The notes below the pieces were generated by a model. The model saw only the letters and a program-made list of their open reading frames with translations, ran no database searches and was not told where the DNA came from. From the human T2T-CHM13v2.0 reference genome, Homo sapiens, in assembly GCF_009914755.1 (NCBI RefSeq), contig NC_060933.1: DNA of 64,000 bases; one strand, written 5' to 3'. The position numbers and the translations under genes are program-made. Shown here in pieces: positions 17,651 to 32,764 of the stretch (positions within the stretch are counted from its first letter, which is position 1; each line of letters starts with the position of its first letter).

Positions 17651-18463
17651 AAGAATGTTTCTTTCATACGTGAGCACATAGGGTATTTCATGTATTAGCA
17701 TTAATGTTCCTTATCAAATATGCAATCAGGGGCTCTCTATAGAATCAATTTCAATAAAACAGTTAAGCAATTTTTTAATGGAGTAGGCATTGATTATAAT
17801 TTTCTCCTCTTCTGACTTTTCAATTCTTCCCAATTAGCCAGTGATAAGAAACTGGAAAGAAAATTTCAAATTGTTTACCATTCACTTGTTTTTTTTAACC
17901 TACTGTAGTTTGGAAGGATTAAATTTTAGGCTAGCTGATTCATTTCACAAAAAAATTTATAAAATTTATAATTCATTTCACACAAAAAAAGTTTTAATAA
18001 AAAATATTTCCCTTTGTATTTGAGCTCAACTTAATTCTCAATTGGCCCTGAAATGTGAGAATTGTTTTCCTAAAATATTGATGGATGTCAGAAGGCCACA
18101 AGAAGTGAGACCTCATCTTTTTTGCTCTATGAGAACATCAATCTTTCTATTTCTGTGAAAAATAAGGAAAGGTAGGTGGACTCTGGTGATTTCCTGATGT
18201 TGAAGTTAATAAAAAGCTCCATTCAAAACTACGATATTCGGCACAATTAATCTTCCCTGTTAATATAAACAGAAGAAAGAGTAAACTATTTGATCTCAAA
18301 GCTCTGGTTTAATTTCTAGCAAGTACGATTACTTCGGTTCATAATTTAAAAAATGAAAGCTTTAGATTTCTATTCCAAGCCATTACTTGATAAATCATTC
18401 ATTAAAGAACATGAATGCACAAAACAAAAATAAACTTTTTTTTTAAAATTTGGTAAGTGTCAG

Positions 18464-18955
18464 TGTTCTAGGATGTGCTGGCCATTCTTTGTGGAGGTCC
18501 TCAGAACCACCCTCTACCCTTCCAGCCCCAGTGTCACCCTTCCTGCCCGAGTGTCACCCTTCCTGCCCGAGTGTCACCCTGCTCCCCTCCCAGCTGACTT
18601 CCAGTTGGTTTTGGCTAATGAGAGACACCCACAGAAACAGTAAGGTTTCAGAAGTCAGAGCTCAAAAAGTTTCTTCCCTACTCACTCCTGTTTCCAGGTT
18701 CTGACAAGAAATTCTTTTACTTCTATGACTGTGGCTCCTGCCAGACCTTTGTGTTCCCCGGCTGCTGCCTTCTGGGGATCTGGCAGCAACCGTTCCTCCC
18801 TCTGCGCCTCTGCTGTAGGTAGTAAAGGCTTTCTGCTAGTGCTTGTCTTTGGTTGCCACAACGTCACCTGGTGGGTCCCTTCACTTTTCTTTACAGCCTG
18901 TTCCTTTAAACTATCTGAGCAAATCATGCTTTCTTTCTGGGCCTTGACTAATGCA
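18464..18955. mobile_element. Old LTR-like fragment containing a 20-bp tandem repeat (agtgtcacccttcctgcccg x~2.5, 18530-18580)
   Basis: GC-richer block resembling an ERVL/MaLR LTR; the tandem repeat is seen directly. Confidence 0.45.
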
Positions 18956-19294
18956 GTAGTGCATTTTAAAAATCTGACTAATATCACATTGCATTGCTTA
19001 GAAAAATATCATAAGAAAAATAATTCTTTGAGAAGTAGCATATTTGTGAAAGTAGATCTATTTAGGAATTAAAATGCTATTAGATTGGCAGGCAAATGTT
19101 ATATTTTTGTATTCTCACTCTATTTTCTAGAACTGAAAACTAAGTTCTAGCTTAGACTGCAATGCACACGGTATACTACAAAGAGAGACGATAAAATTGC
19201 AGGATGAGAGTATAAAGTACAAGGTAAAACCTTATTGAAACAAAATAAGCACAACTCTATGTACAGGTTGTATGTGTTTATATATAAGAGCCAA

Positions 19295-19605
19295 GGCCGG
19301 GTGTGATGGCTCACGCCTGTAATCTCAAGACTTTGGGAGGCCAAGGCGGGTGGATCACTTGAGCTCAGGAAGTTCGAGACCAGCCTGGGCAACATGGAAA
19401 AACCTTGTCCCTACCAAAAATACAAAAACTTAGCCGGGTGTGGTGGCACTCACTTGTTCTCCCAGCTTCTCAGGAGGCTGAGGCACAAGAATTGCTTGAA
19501 CCTGGGAGGCAGAGGTTGCAGTGAGCGAAGATCACACCACTACTGCACTCCAGTCTAGGCGACAGAGCGAGACTCTGTCTCAAAAAAAAAAAAAAGAAGA
19601 AGAAG
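19295..19605 (+). mobile_element. AluJ/S
   Basis: Full Alu; TSD aagagccaa. Confidence 0.9.
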
Positions 19606-20776
19606 AAGAGCCAAAACAAGGATACATAAGGATACATACCAGCCTGTCAGCCTGTTATGTATCATTGGTTACCTCAGTGAGGTTGGGGTGATGGTAGTGG
19701 CAATTATTAACATTTTCTTTATACAATTCTTTTAAAAATGTTCCTTTTGTAATTCAAAATATTCAAGAACAAATTTCAAAAGAGTCTGTCTTAACAAACA
19801 TTTACATTCTTATAATCCAGAAGCTAGTCATCAAACACACCTCAGTATCATCATTTGTTCCAATATAAATATACTCACTTCCTAAATATGTGCTACTGCA
19901 AAGTAGATCTTATTCCTTTCTTATTCTGGTTGAATCATACAACCATTATCCAGATTGAAATAAAAAATATAATTGTATTTATTATCCATGTTAAGGTTAA
20001 ATAGAAGGTAAGAAGTTTCAAAGTTTAAATTGCATTATCATGGAAAGTAGGGAAGAAAGGAAATAAAGCAGCAACACATAAAACATTTATATTTGTGATA
20101 TTCGATATTTTTTCTGGGACATCCAGTGTTCTAGTTACATCGGCCATCTCGAATTCATGCCTTCATTTGTTCAGTAAGTGTGTAGTGTGTGATGATTGTG
20201 ACGGATGCTTCTCTACTAGGCAAAGTAATTTTTAGAGCCTCACTACTCTTAGTCTGCAAAGTTCATTGCCAGCATTATCACCACAGCAAGTGTCTATGCT
20301 GATTTAAATAATAACCATATAGCAGCAATTATAGCCACATAAAATGCATTTCAAGACACACATTTATGTCTAAGGACTTCAAGTCCCCTAACCAAACAAC
20401 TTAAGTAGAATAAACCTAAATAAGTTTTAAGTCAAAAGCAGGGGAATCAAAACAATTACAAGCCTCCTGTCTTAGAAGAAAATGCTGATGCTTATTGGCT
20501 TAACCATATAAAATAGTGTATATACGTTTACTAGACATGAACAATTTGGAACAAATTTTGAGTGTACCTATAAGTGTGTAAAATGTATATTTTATGTATT
20601 GGGAATAATATTCATAAATATATTCCTCCAATGTTGTAAAAAATGCATGCACCCTCACTACGCTAGTGATTTTACAGTTTAATGAAGCCATTTTGTTTTA
20701 ATTGCAAATGTCTACCACCGTAGAAGTTTCTTGGCTTTTCTCCATTAAGCCTAACACTTTGAACACCCAAGTTCAC

Positions 20777-21068
20777 TTTTTTTTTTTTTGTCTTGAGACG
20801 GAGTCTGGCTCTGTCGCCAAGCTGGAGTGCAGGGCGCAATGTTGGCTTGCTGCAACCTCTGCCTCCCGGGTTCAAGAGATTCTCCTGCCTCAGCCTCCCG
20901 AGTAGCTGGGACTACAGGCAGGCACCACCACGCCCGGTTAATTTTTTGTATTTTAATAGAGACAGGGTTTCACCGTGTTGGCCAGGATGGGCTCCATCTC
21001 CTGACCTCTTGGCCTCCTCGGCCTCCCAAAGTGCTGAGATTACAGGCATGAGCCACCGCACCCGGCCA
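20777..21068 (-). mobile_element. AluSc-like
   Basis: Antisense Alu; TSD aagttcac. Confidence 0.9.
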
Positions 21069-21599
21069 AGTTCACATTTTTAAAGACTCCATCTGATGCC
21101 TGACAAATTGCTATAATAATAGATTGACATTTGTTGTTTTACTCTAGGTCCAATTTAGAAGATGATTTCCATTTTCTCTCTTTCTGTCTCACTGAAGGCA
21201 ACTGATCTGTCAATCAAAACTTTAGATTTATAAGATTTATAATTTTTTCTGTAATAAAAGACGTGCTATTTACAGAGTTCTTGTGCAAAAGTAGTTTAAG
21301 TGAACCCAATTAATAATTCAAGAATGACTTTGTAAGATTCTTCATCTATTACATTTGAATTCATTTTACATTTTACATTTTACATCTATTACATTTGAAT
21401 TCATTTTAATGAAAAAGCCTTTCAAAGTTGTCTTTCCAAAGGGAAGATTAATACACTATTTCTTAGAGATACCATCTAAAAAAGTTAGTATCTTTCTTTC
21501 TTTTTTCTTTTTTGGAAACTCGCGGTGGTGGTAATGTGAGTGAGTTTGTCAATCTTTGCCCCTACTGTGAATTTGAGAAGCAGAGGAAGAGAAAAAGAG

Positions 21600-21670
21600 A
21601 AAGACCCCCCCGCCCCCTGCCTCCCGCCTCCCGCCTCCGCCCCTCCCTCTAGCACACAGCAGGCGCGCAA
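21600..21670. promoter_or_regulatory. Upstream GC-box (Sp/KLF-type) cluster
   Basis: cccccccgccccctgcctcccgcctcccgcctccgcccctccc in otherwise AT-rich sequence. Confidence 0.45.
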
Positions 21671-22029
21671 GGAGTGCAGTGTTAGCTGCTGCTGGACTGA
21701 GCTCCTCATCCTACACTTGCAGGGGTTGCTCTTTTGGACAGAAAGCTGGAATAAAACGTAAATTTTAGACATCCACCAAGGCCAGGACTAGGGTGAAGGG
21801 ACTAACGCACTAGTCTCAGGAGCAACTGTTAAGTAACGCTAATCCTGAATGAATGAAATAGTTTTAAAATTGAATGTAATCGCAAAGAAAAAAAAAACCC
21901 ATGATAGACAAAATATTAAAACTTTAAATAAAGGCTTGCACTCGCACAACCCAGGCTCACCGGCCTCTCCCTGCTCCTGGCCCGGTTTCCCAGCTTGGTT
22001 CTCTACAAGTCAGAATTCCTAGCAAAATC

Positions 22030-22876
<847 letters not shown>

Positions 22877-24893
22877 TAAAAAAATATTTGGAATTGCAAC
22901 CCGAAAAAGACGATTTTGTTTACAATAGACTTTCCTCTTGTGGGGGAGTCTAAGATATACCATGCATGTTTTGACTTTTTAATCGATGTACTTGAATATT
23001 CATTGAGAAAGTGGACGTTTCTGTAAAACCTGAAAAGAGCATCTTAATAAGAGATTAGCCTGCAAATGCTGTCATTTATTCCTTTTTAGGATTGTAATAT
23101 TTTGTAGGAATTAAGTCTAACAGGGAAAAAACTGGCAGACATTACATCATACTGCATCAACTTAGATGTTAGCAGCTTACAGTTTTGCCGACCTTGGCAG
23201 CTTCAGAGTTAAAATGCTAATTAACTTCCATGCAGTATAGGGACAGAGCGCCTGTAGGCGAAACTAAATTAATAACCTGCCCTAACTACTAAGGGAATAA
23301 CACTTGAACACCCCTGTCAGGGGCTTCGTTTCTCATAGTAGAAAGTTCTTGCTTAAAGACAAAACTCAGCCAGTCATTTAGGTGATCTTGAAAATGATTC
23401 CTCTCTGGATGCTAATATTTTACATTATTTAATTTGCCATCAGGTTCCCTGTTTTTTATTTTCCTTAATTTGGTAAACACCTAGGAAGCCTTTATTTCTA
23501 GAATGGGCTATGATTCTAATGTAATGATGATATTCCAGACCGATGAGCAAAACATAATGTACCCATATTTTATCACACATAAAAATGTTTACACAACATT
23601 GCACATTTTTTTTTGGCTTGGAGTAAATCTCTATCAGAGAGCTTTCTTTCTTGATTAATCAAACCATGAGATTAGAATTTTTAAAATGTCTTCCTCTTCC
23701 TTCTCAAATCACTTTTATTTTTCTTTCAGTGGCATCTCCCCGCTGTCAGCCTCAGCCCTCTCCTACCAAAATCTCTTTCGAAATAAGTTCCAATAAACGC
23801 CAGTGGCCATGTTTGGAAATTTAGATTATTGCAGGATAACCAAGGGTAGCTTTCAGCAGTTCTCCTAAACTGTCATGAAAAGTTTGCCGTAGCTCAGTGC
23901 TGTTCTGCCCGCGGGCTCAAGGGTGGGTTGGTTCTTCACACACAGGGCACGCACATGGGTTCATGAACTCACTGTGCATCATGATTCAGTTGCGCCTCAG
24001 TTAATCCTACACTTGGTGTGCCCTTCCAAAAAACAAGCTCCGGATTCCTTTGGTCAGATGCTGTACCGTGTTTCAGATTCAACTTTAATCTGCTTTTGTG
24101 AGAAGCCTTTGTGAATAAAACGTTGTTACTTAAATCAAAATCCTTGGGTCTTGTAATGGAAACTGCCGTTTGGCTTAAATAAACATATAAATGAGTTACT
24201 TATAGAAAGGCATGCTAGAGTAATTGACCAATCAACTGGCAAAATACAACAACAAAAAAAGTCACTAGAGGTCACTCTTACTATTGAATAAACAGGGCTT
24301 CAAAAAGACCTTCCTGGAGAAAAGCAAAGCAATGAAATCTGAGTGAGACCCTGCCACCACCTTTCCTGTTTTTGTTGCATAGTTGTGATTACTTTTTATT
24401 CTCAGGATTAGTTGTATTGATAGTTATTTTGCTTGGAATCCAGTGGAAGGATTACAAAGCCCATAGAAATTAAGCTCTTCTCGTTTATAGTGAACATTCT
24501 TTTTGGAGGAGGGGAGGGCAGGGACAGATATTCCAAATGGACTCAGCACCAGACGGGACTCTCGCGAGTTGCTGAGTGACACGTAAAATTTCAATACTAC
24601 TACTGTGGGTGTTTTCAGTCTTCTTTCGTTGATGAAACTTAGTATCCTCATATCTAATAAATTTTACTAATTTTAAATTACCTTTTAGATCAAGTAATTC
24701 TTCCAGATAAAACTATGTAACTGTAATAATTATACCACCTTCAATACCAAGAAGAAAGTCAATAAGGACATCTAAAAGTTTCCTTCTCATGTAGACACCA
24801 TGAGTTGCTCACGTTATTCACAGCTGGTTTTCGAGAAGCACATTGGCCACCCACGAAGGCAGCCTGTTGATGATGGCATGAAATGGCTCTTCA

Positions 24894-25256
<363 letters not shown>

Positions 25257-25866
25257 TTATCTGAATGTTATTTGACCCGACAAATACATGGAAAGCTTTG
25301 TTAGGAAGATTCTGCATGAAGGGAAATATTTTCCTAACTTCAGTGCCCATAGACTTGCAGTGAGTGAAAGGTCACTTACTGCTCTCATTGAGTCCCTGAA
25401 AACAGCAGGAAGCATCAAGAGAAAGATTGAACTCTGGGCACTGATCCCAGGGATACACAAACAAATGGCTGGGCAGATTTTGCAGAAATTCCTGTAATTG
25501 GTAAAATGCTGAGTAATAGCCTTTGATGTAACTTTTCAGTGGGTTAATTTATTCATTACTTAGCCTAAAACACTTTTAATTTTAATTGCCTCAATTTTTT
25601 CCCCTAAATGGTTATGTTTTGCAAGTTCGCCAGCCAGCCTGGGGAAAGACGGGTAAGCCTACTATAGAGTGTGTGTGGGTTAGTTAGGAAACTCACTTAG
25701 ATGTGAAATGTGTCAGGAAAGAGATCTCACAGAGTGTAGGAATAATTATTTTTACAGATGTTTCATTTTGGACCTTTTAGTAATACCATTTAAAGAGAGA
25801 TTCTGCAGATGAGTAACAGACTCTTAATTTTAGTGTCAAATGGTACTCTATAAAAAATGGAGTTCA

Positions 25867-26122
25867 GGCCGGGCGCGGTGGCTCACACCTGTAATCCCAG
25901 CACTTTGGGAGGGTGAGGTGGGTGGATCACTTGAGGTCTGGAGTTTGAAACCAGCCTGGACAACACGGTGAAACCCCGTCTCTACTAAAAATATGAAAAA
26001 ATTTCAGGGCATGGTGGCAGGTGCCTGTGAGGAGGCAGTGAGCTGAGATCGTGCCACTGCACTCCAGCCTGGGTGACAGAGTGACACTCTGTCTCAAAAA
26101 AATAACAAAAAAAACCCAAAAA
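25867..26122 (+). mobile_element. AluS with an internal right-arm deletion
   Basis: gcctgtgaggaggcagtgagc junction lacks about 50 nt of the right arm. Confidence 0.85.
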
Positions 26123-29100
26123 ATGTAGTTCAGTTGCCTTTATTCATTTTCACCAAACTCTACACAAACAGTACGGAGCATAAGTAGCCCATGGAAATGA
26201 TAATCAATTCCAAGACATTGGTTTGGTCCTGAAAAAAGAAAAATCAAATTACTTGGCATTCTTCTTCCTCTTCCTCTCCCCTTCTCTTTTTGAACAATTC
26301 AGTCCAAGGTCATTCAGTTCAGCTTAGGCATCCATGCTGGGTAGTGGGGAGGCCCAGGACCATGGCAGAGCATTCAGAAACCAGCAGGGTAAGGAAAGCA
26401 TCCACAGTGTAGCAAGGGTGGGGACCTGGAGAGACAGGAGACAGCACTGGTGGTGACCTATAGCAAGTTGTCAGAGGTTGAGTGGAGTGAGGAAAGAGGC
26501 ATTGGAATGATTGACAGAGGCTAAGAAGACAAGGCAACTAAATACTATTCTGCATTAAATGCTTATGTTATAAAGGACATGATTGGAAATTGGTGAAACT
26601 TGAACAAGATTGGGGATTAAATATTGGAACTTTATCCATGATGACTGTGATGATCATATTATGGTTATATAGGAGAACATCTTTGTTGTAGGAAATGTAC
26701 ATTGAAGTATTCAGGGGTGATACAGCATATTAGCATAGTTCTTCCATGTTTTCTGTAAATTGGTTTCAAAATCAAATGGTTACTTTAAAAAACCATTCAA
26801 AATTGTGTTTAAAGGAAACATGGACCAATAGAAAAACTCAGAATAAGTAAATGTAGTTAAATTGATGCATTTTACCTAAGAGATGTAGATTAAAAATAAA
26901 GAGGCTGAAAAAAAACAATTATGAGAAATAACAGTTCGTTTATGTATGTCTCTAAATCAAATTAGCCTGGATTTCTGAATGACAAAGATGTAATTGGCAC
27001 TGGGATTGTTCCCCATTCTTTTTGGGACGTTTATTGCCTAGGACATCTGTATCAGTCTTCGAAGTACTTTTTAAAGCTTGAATATCTGAATGAACCCGTC
27101 AGACTGACTGTTATCTGGTCTTCTGTAATGGGCTTCCTCACCTTTGACGAGACTCTTAGCTGAAAGGTTGCTTGTCCCTAGGCCCGGTTGCTCCACGTTG
27201 TAAGAGCATTTGCAAACGCTTGGTTTTACATGATTGTGCACATGTCAAGTCTGCTCTGTCACTGTAGAAAAAATATTCCTTTTCCACTTGACATATAAAG
27301 CATGGAATTGTTTGTTTTAAATGTCTTTTGTCAAGGATTTCATATATCTGCTTGACGTGTTGTGGTACTGTATAAAAGACAAGTGTGAAATTCATTGCTT
27401 ACTATGATAGCCTTAACACGACTACAGTAAATCTAGTTTTCTAAAAAACGGAGTATATGCTTAGCTTGGTTAAAATTTTATAATGAAATGACTACTCTGG
27501 TAATAAATATTAAAAAATATCATAAAGTGGGGGCTAAAAAATGATACTGCATGTGTTCCAGTTAATGAACATTTTTGTTGTAATAATACGAAGAGTGATT
27601 GAAATCTGAAAACATTTGAGATTTTAAAATAGTTTTAACCTTGTAACTACAGGATTGTAATTTAAGTAGCATACCTACTTAATAAGGCAGCAATTAAAAT
27701 TATTGCTAAGAATTAAATTACCAAGAAGACATGGTCTAGTATGTATTGCCTGGGCTGTGGTTTGAATTACTTTTGATTAAGTATAATCACATTTTTTGAG
27801 AGTATAAAAACAGAGGATATTACTTGCTTCTAATTCACAGATGTGTTTATGAACCATTGGCAATTACAGCATTTGCAATTGAGGGCCTAAGAAAATTTTA
27901 GGTTAAAATAACATGTTGAGTTATGCCTTATAACTCAGTATATGCTTATACTTTATATGCTTTATGGAGTTTTGAATATATAATATATATGTATAATAGT
28001 ATATTTTTCCAGGAAATATATAACTTGTAGTTCCTTGACTTATTTTGTAACTAAATCCCATGGAAAAAAGTTTATTGAATGTCATTGTTTCTCAGGCAAA
28101 TGTAGAGTTAAGAGAATGATATATATATACATATTGGGAATCTTTTAGAAGGCTTGGACTTGGTAGCTCAAATCTTCTACAACCTTGAGCTTCAACTTTC
28201 TGGCCGGTTCAAGAGATCTCTTCACTGTCCTTTTCATGTAAAGTCAATGTTTATGGAACACTAGACCAAAATGGAAGGATTCCTTTGGAAACTGAACAAA
28301 CAGTTGAATTAGTCTTTGACTTGATGGAGTGATTTGATCTAAAATATTACCTAACCGTTTTAGATATCTGTTCAATCAGAGCTGCCTCCATATACGCAAA
28401 TGATAATTTGTCTTGGATTTTTAGATATCTTAGCCCTCAGACAAGCTAATAGAGTTTAAATTGAACCTGGTGTTTTAGGGACAGTTGAATTGTTGGGATG
28501 CCCAGGAAAACAGTCACATTTTTCTACAAGTATGTGTTTATTTGGCTGGAATGTGGGTGAGGAAGAAGTTATATGTGAATTAAAAGAAAGATTGTCTCAA
28601 TGTCACATGTTAAATTAAATTACAGACAGAACTAAGCGAGTTTACGATTGCTGCCGCTGGGAGCAGAGACTATTTTCAGCTTACATTTATAACAGAAGGA
28701 GGGATTTAAAATATAGTATTATGCCTACCCTGATACAGCTAACCTCTTCCACCCGCCCCTCCATGCACATACAGCTACATGCTTACCCTCGAACTATGAA
28801 AGAAGGGTGTCTCTCAGACATCCTATATTTAACCCAGCTTTGGACACGTCCCTGGAGTCTAGTCTTTTTGAACACAGCAGTGAAGATAAGGAATGGGGAG
28901 GGGGCTTTGATTTCAAGACCACTAGATATAGTAGATTCCTAATTTAATTTCAAAGACAAATCAATTATTAACACAAATACAAAGAGAACAGTATTTTAAA
29001 CAAAGCTTCTGTTGTGGCAGATAAACTTTTAAGGTGTCTCCCAGTTGGGTTTCTATTTTAGATGACTTTTTGAAGAATATATCTCTGTAATAGAAATATG

Positions 29101-29624
29101 TTTGATGATTCTCATCTTTAAGAACTTCACATTTGCTATAATTAAGATATTTATGAATTTATTGTAAGAAGGTTGGTAGAAAAAGTAATGCAACATCAAA
29201 TGGGAAAATAAATATATAATATTATATAGCTGTTCAAATATAGGGTTTATGATTCTTGAGCTAATTTGAACTGCTGTACAACACCAGGAGAAAAGTCCAC
29301 AGCTGTGTTAAGAAAGCTCTTATAAGCTTATGAAATTTTATAGCACAGGCTGTCACAGAACCTACAATTTACAAACATTTGTAAAAGTTAGGAAAGTTTT
29401 GGGTTCCTCAATAGAAAATGATGTTGCTTAGCTTTAAGAAAGTAACTAATTTATCTCTTTTTATTCTTGTCCACTAACAAAGGAACCCAAATGGTCTTTT
29501 AAAATTATAATAAAACTAAGCTAGTAAAATATCACATAGATTTTGAGATACTGTGAATAACCATAGAAAATAACAATTTGTTGTTCTTCATGTATAAAAA
29601 TAAGCTTAACATGCTTATCAATAC

Positions 29625-29957
29625 ATCTTGAACTATAAGAGATTTATTTCAGCAGTGTTGCCAAAGGGCAAGCAATGCCTGCTGCCTGTAGAAAACTTTG
29701 AATTCCCTAAGCTCAGGGCTCCTCACTTGTCATGTAACCCACTGCGTGTGCACACATCCATCTGTGCCCATCCATATTCCCCCAGAGGACTTGGAGGCAA
29801 GGAAATTGATGCAAATATGCTGATGCTCACATTGTTTGCTATGCTGTAAGTAATACAGTCCTTTGCTTTGACCCAGGAGTCTTCTGCCGCAACCATGAAA
29901 CAAACTGGCAGACTCATTTGTTAGCTTGCAAGTAGGGTAAAATCTCTCCTCACGGTT
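29625..29957 (+). mobile_element. Old ERVL-type LTR, 3' terminus clipped
   Basis: ttagcttgcaagtagggtaaaatctc...cacggttct resembles an ERVL LTR 3' end lacking the terminal tgaca. Subfamily uncertain. Confidence 0.55.
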
Positions 29958-29965
29958 CTCATGAT
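29950..29965. other. Candidate breakpoint of the deletion removing exons 2-9
   Basis: An LTR ends just short of its terminus and abuts a 67-bp Alu 5' stub, followed by only the 3' part of a MER58-like element. Confidence 0.7.
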
Positions 29966-30024
29966 CCGCCCGCCTTGGCCTCCCAAAGTGCTGGGTTTAC
30001 AGGCGTGAGCCACCGCGCCCAGCC
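29958..30024 (-). mobile_element. Alu 5' stub (first ~67 nt only)
   Basis: ctcatgatccgcccgccttggcctcccaaagtgctgggtttacaggcgtgagccaccgcgcccagcc; no right arm or A tail. Confidence 0.9.
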
Positions 30025-30145
30025 CTGCTTTGTATTTTTAAAGGGTTATAACAAGAAGGACATGCAACAGAGACCAGGTGTGACCCACAAAACCAAAAGT
30101 GTTTACTATCTGCGTTTTACAGAAAACCTTTGCAGACTCCTGACT
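30025..30145 (+). mobile_element. MER58-like (hAT-Charlie) 3' part
   Basis: agagaccaggtgtgacccacaaaaccaaaagtgtttactatctgcgttttacagaaaacctttgcagactcctg matches the MER58 terminus. Confidence 0.7.
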
Positions 30146-31255
30146 TAGACAAATGCCTTATGATTTTATTCTGAATTAATATGACCCTTTCTACAAACAG
30201 TTGTCTTTAAATAAAAAGATTTTACAATTATTGTGTTTTCTTTAACTAGAGTGTGTACTTTCATCCTTTTCCTTACTTTTCAAACTTAGAGTTCCATTAT
30301 TAGGTTATATATTGTAACTCAAGAGGGTGGGAGTAAGTTCAAGACACTACTTTCCTATATGCTTGGACTGGTGTGGAGTAATACTGCTTACGTCAAAGTC
30401 AGGCACTCACCACTGCTTCTTATAAGTACTGTTCTTGTTTCACAAAACAAGCCCACATAGTAAAGGGAAGTGATGTCATAAGCATTGCCATTTGTAATTT
30501 AGGTGAAATTAGCTGACGATTGTAGTGAAACTTTTAATATTTAACTTCTACTATTGGAAATAAATGTCTATTTTATCTCTTTCTATTCATAGAACATTCT
30601 GGACTGCAAATTTTTATCCTTATGTACCCTAACAGTGTGTTATGTCCTGTTACTTTTTGTGTTGTTGTTAACATTAGAATTTAATCTTTAGTTATATATT
30701 TGACTAAAGTACCTAATACCAAAGAAAGTGTTACTAGAAAAGCAAATCTAGGTATTTCCACCCAGTCAGTATAAAAAAATACGTTTTTAAATACTCCCAA
30801 ATATACATACATCGCAACACACAAAAACACCTATAGGGTAGATATTTAACATATTTTAGATAAATGGTAGTACACAATTATATTTTCAGGTAGCATTTTT
30901 CACACTTCACAGCATATCCTAAATAAAATTTGGGCTATGATTTCATTTATTTTAATTTAACCTCCACTTTAATTTTTTTCACTTATACTACATAATGCTA
31001 AAATGCATGCTTATTTCTTAGATGAGATTTCACAAAAGAAGCCAAACCTCTTTTCACTTGGTTGGGAAATAATTCCTGTTATAGGAATTTTAGATCTGAA
31101 TTTTCCCCCGTAATTTCTTATTCTGAATTCCAGGTATTATCTTAAATTTGATCAGTTCTAACCTTGCCCCTTCTCACCTCTCTAATGAATGGTGAAGCTC
31201 ATCGCATCATACCGATGTCCATAAACAAGCGGGAGCAGCAGTCTTCATATAGTAA

Positions 31256-31489
<234 letters not shown>

Positions 31490-31651
31490 TAAGGGCCATC
31501 CTAGGTCACTTTAGCTTGCCTGTTTTCAAAGTTGAAGAAAGCAAATGTAGACAGCTGGAAAAAGGCATTCCGTTCTCTTTTTTGTTGTTGTTATCTTTCG
31601 AGAGGGAATGAAATAGTCATAATTACTATGAGGATTAGAAAACTTCATCTT

Positions 31652-32005
<354 letters not shown>

Positions 32006-32465
32006 TTATGAATTTTACCTTAATATGATCCCGAGTTGCTCAGCTAATAGTTATAAAGCTCGCTTTTGCAACCACACACCCATCAGTTGGATGATATTTT
32101 TCCAGGCAGAGGAATTTGCCAGGTTACTATTCATCAGCCACCCAACCCCACATGTTCTGCAGAGAAAATAAAAAGTAATTTCTGCTAGAAAAGTTTGAAT
32201 CATAAAGACGGATGAAGATGTGTGCAGAAGGACATACTCAATGAAATATGGAGGTTAGACAAGAAAAACATTTAATTCAAATAAGTATTACAACCACAGT
32301 TATGCTAGTTGTGCCATAATTTTACAAAGATTTTGGCTGAGAAGAATCATAGGGTCACACCTGGAAAAATAATATTTCTACATACAATTTGCCCCAGTAC
32401 ATTTGGTATTTACTTTCAGTGAATAAATAAATGCTACAGATTTAAAAATTAAAAAGCGATAATCT

Positions 32466-32764
32466 GGCCCAGCGCGGTGGCTCACGCCTGTAATCCCAGC
32501 ACTTTGGGAGGCCGAGGCGGGCGGATCACGAGGTCAGGAGATCGAGACCATCCTGGCTAACATGGTGAAACCCCGTCTCTACTAAAAATGCAAAAAATTA
32601 GCCAGGCATGGTGGCGGGCGCCTGTAGTTCCAGCTACTCGGCAGGCTGAGGCAGGAGAATGGCGTGAACCCGGGAGGCGGAGCTTGCAGTGAATGAGATC
32701 GTGCCACTGCACTCCAGCCTGGGCAACAGAGCCAGACTCTTCTCAAAAAAAAAAAAAAAAAAAA
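32466..32764 (+). mobile_element. AluY
   Basis: Full Alu with poly-A. Confidence 0.92.

Noticed and set aside
24541-24562. Possible REST/RE1 site (tcagcacc) in intron 1
   Set aside because: Only the left half-site matches; no correctly spaced GGACAG.
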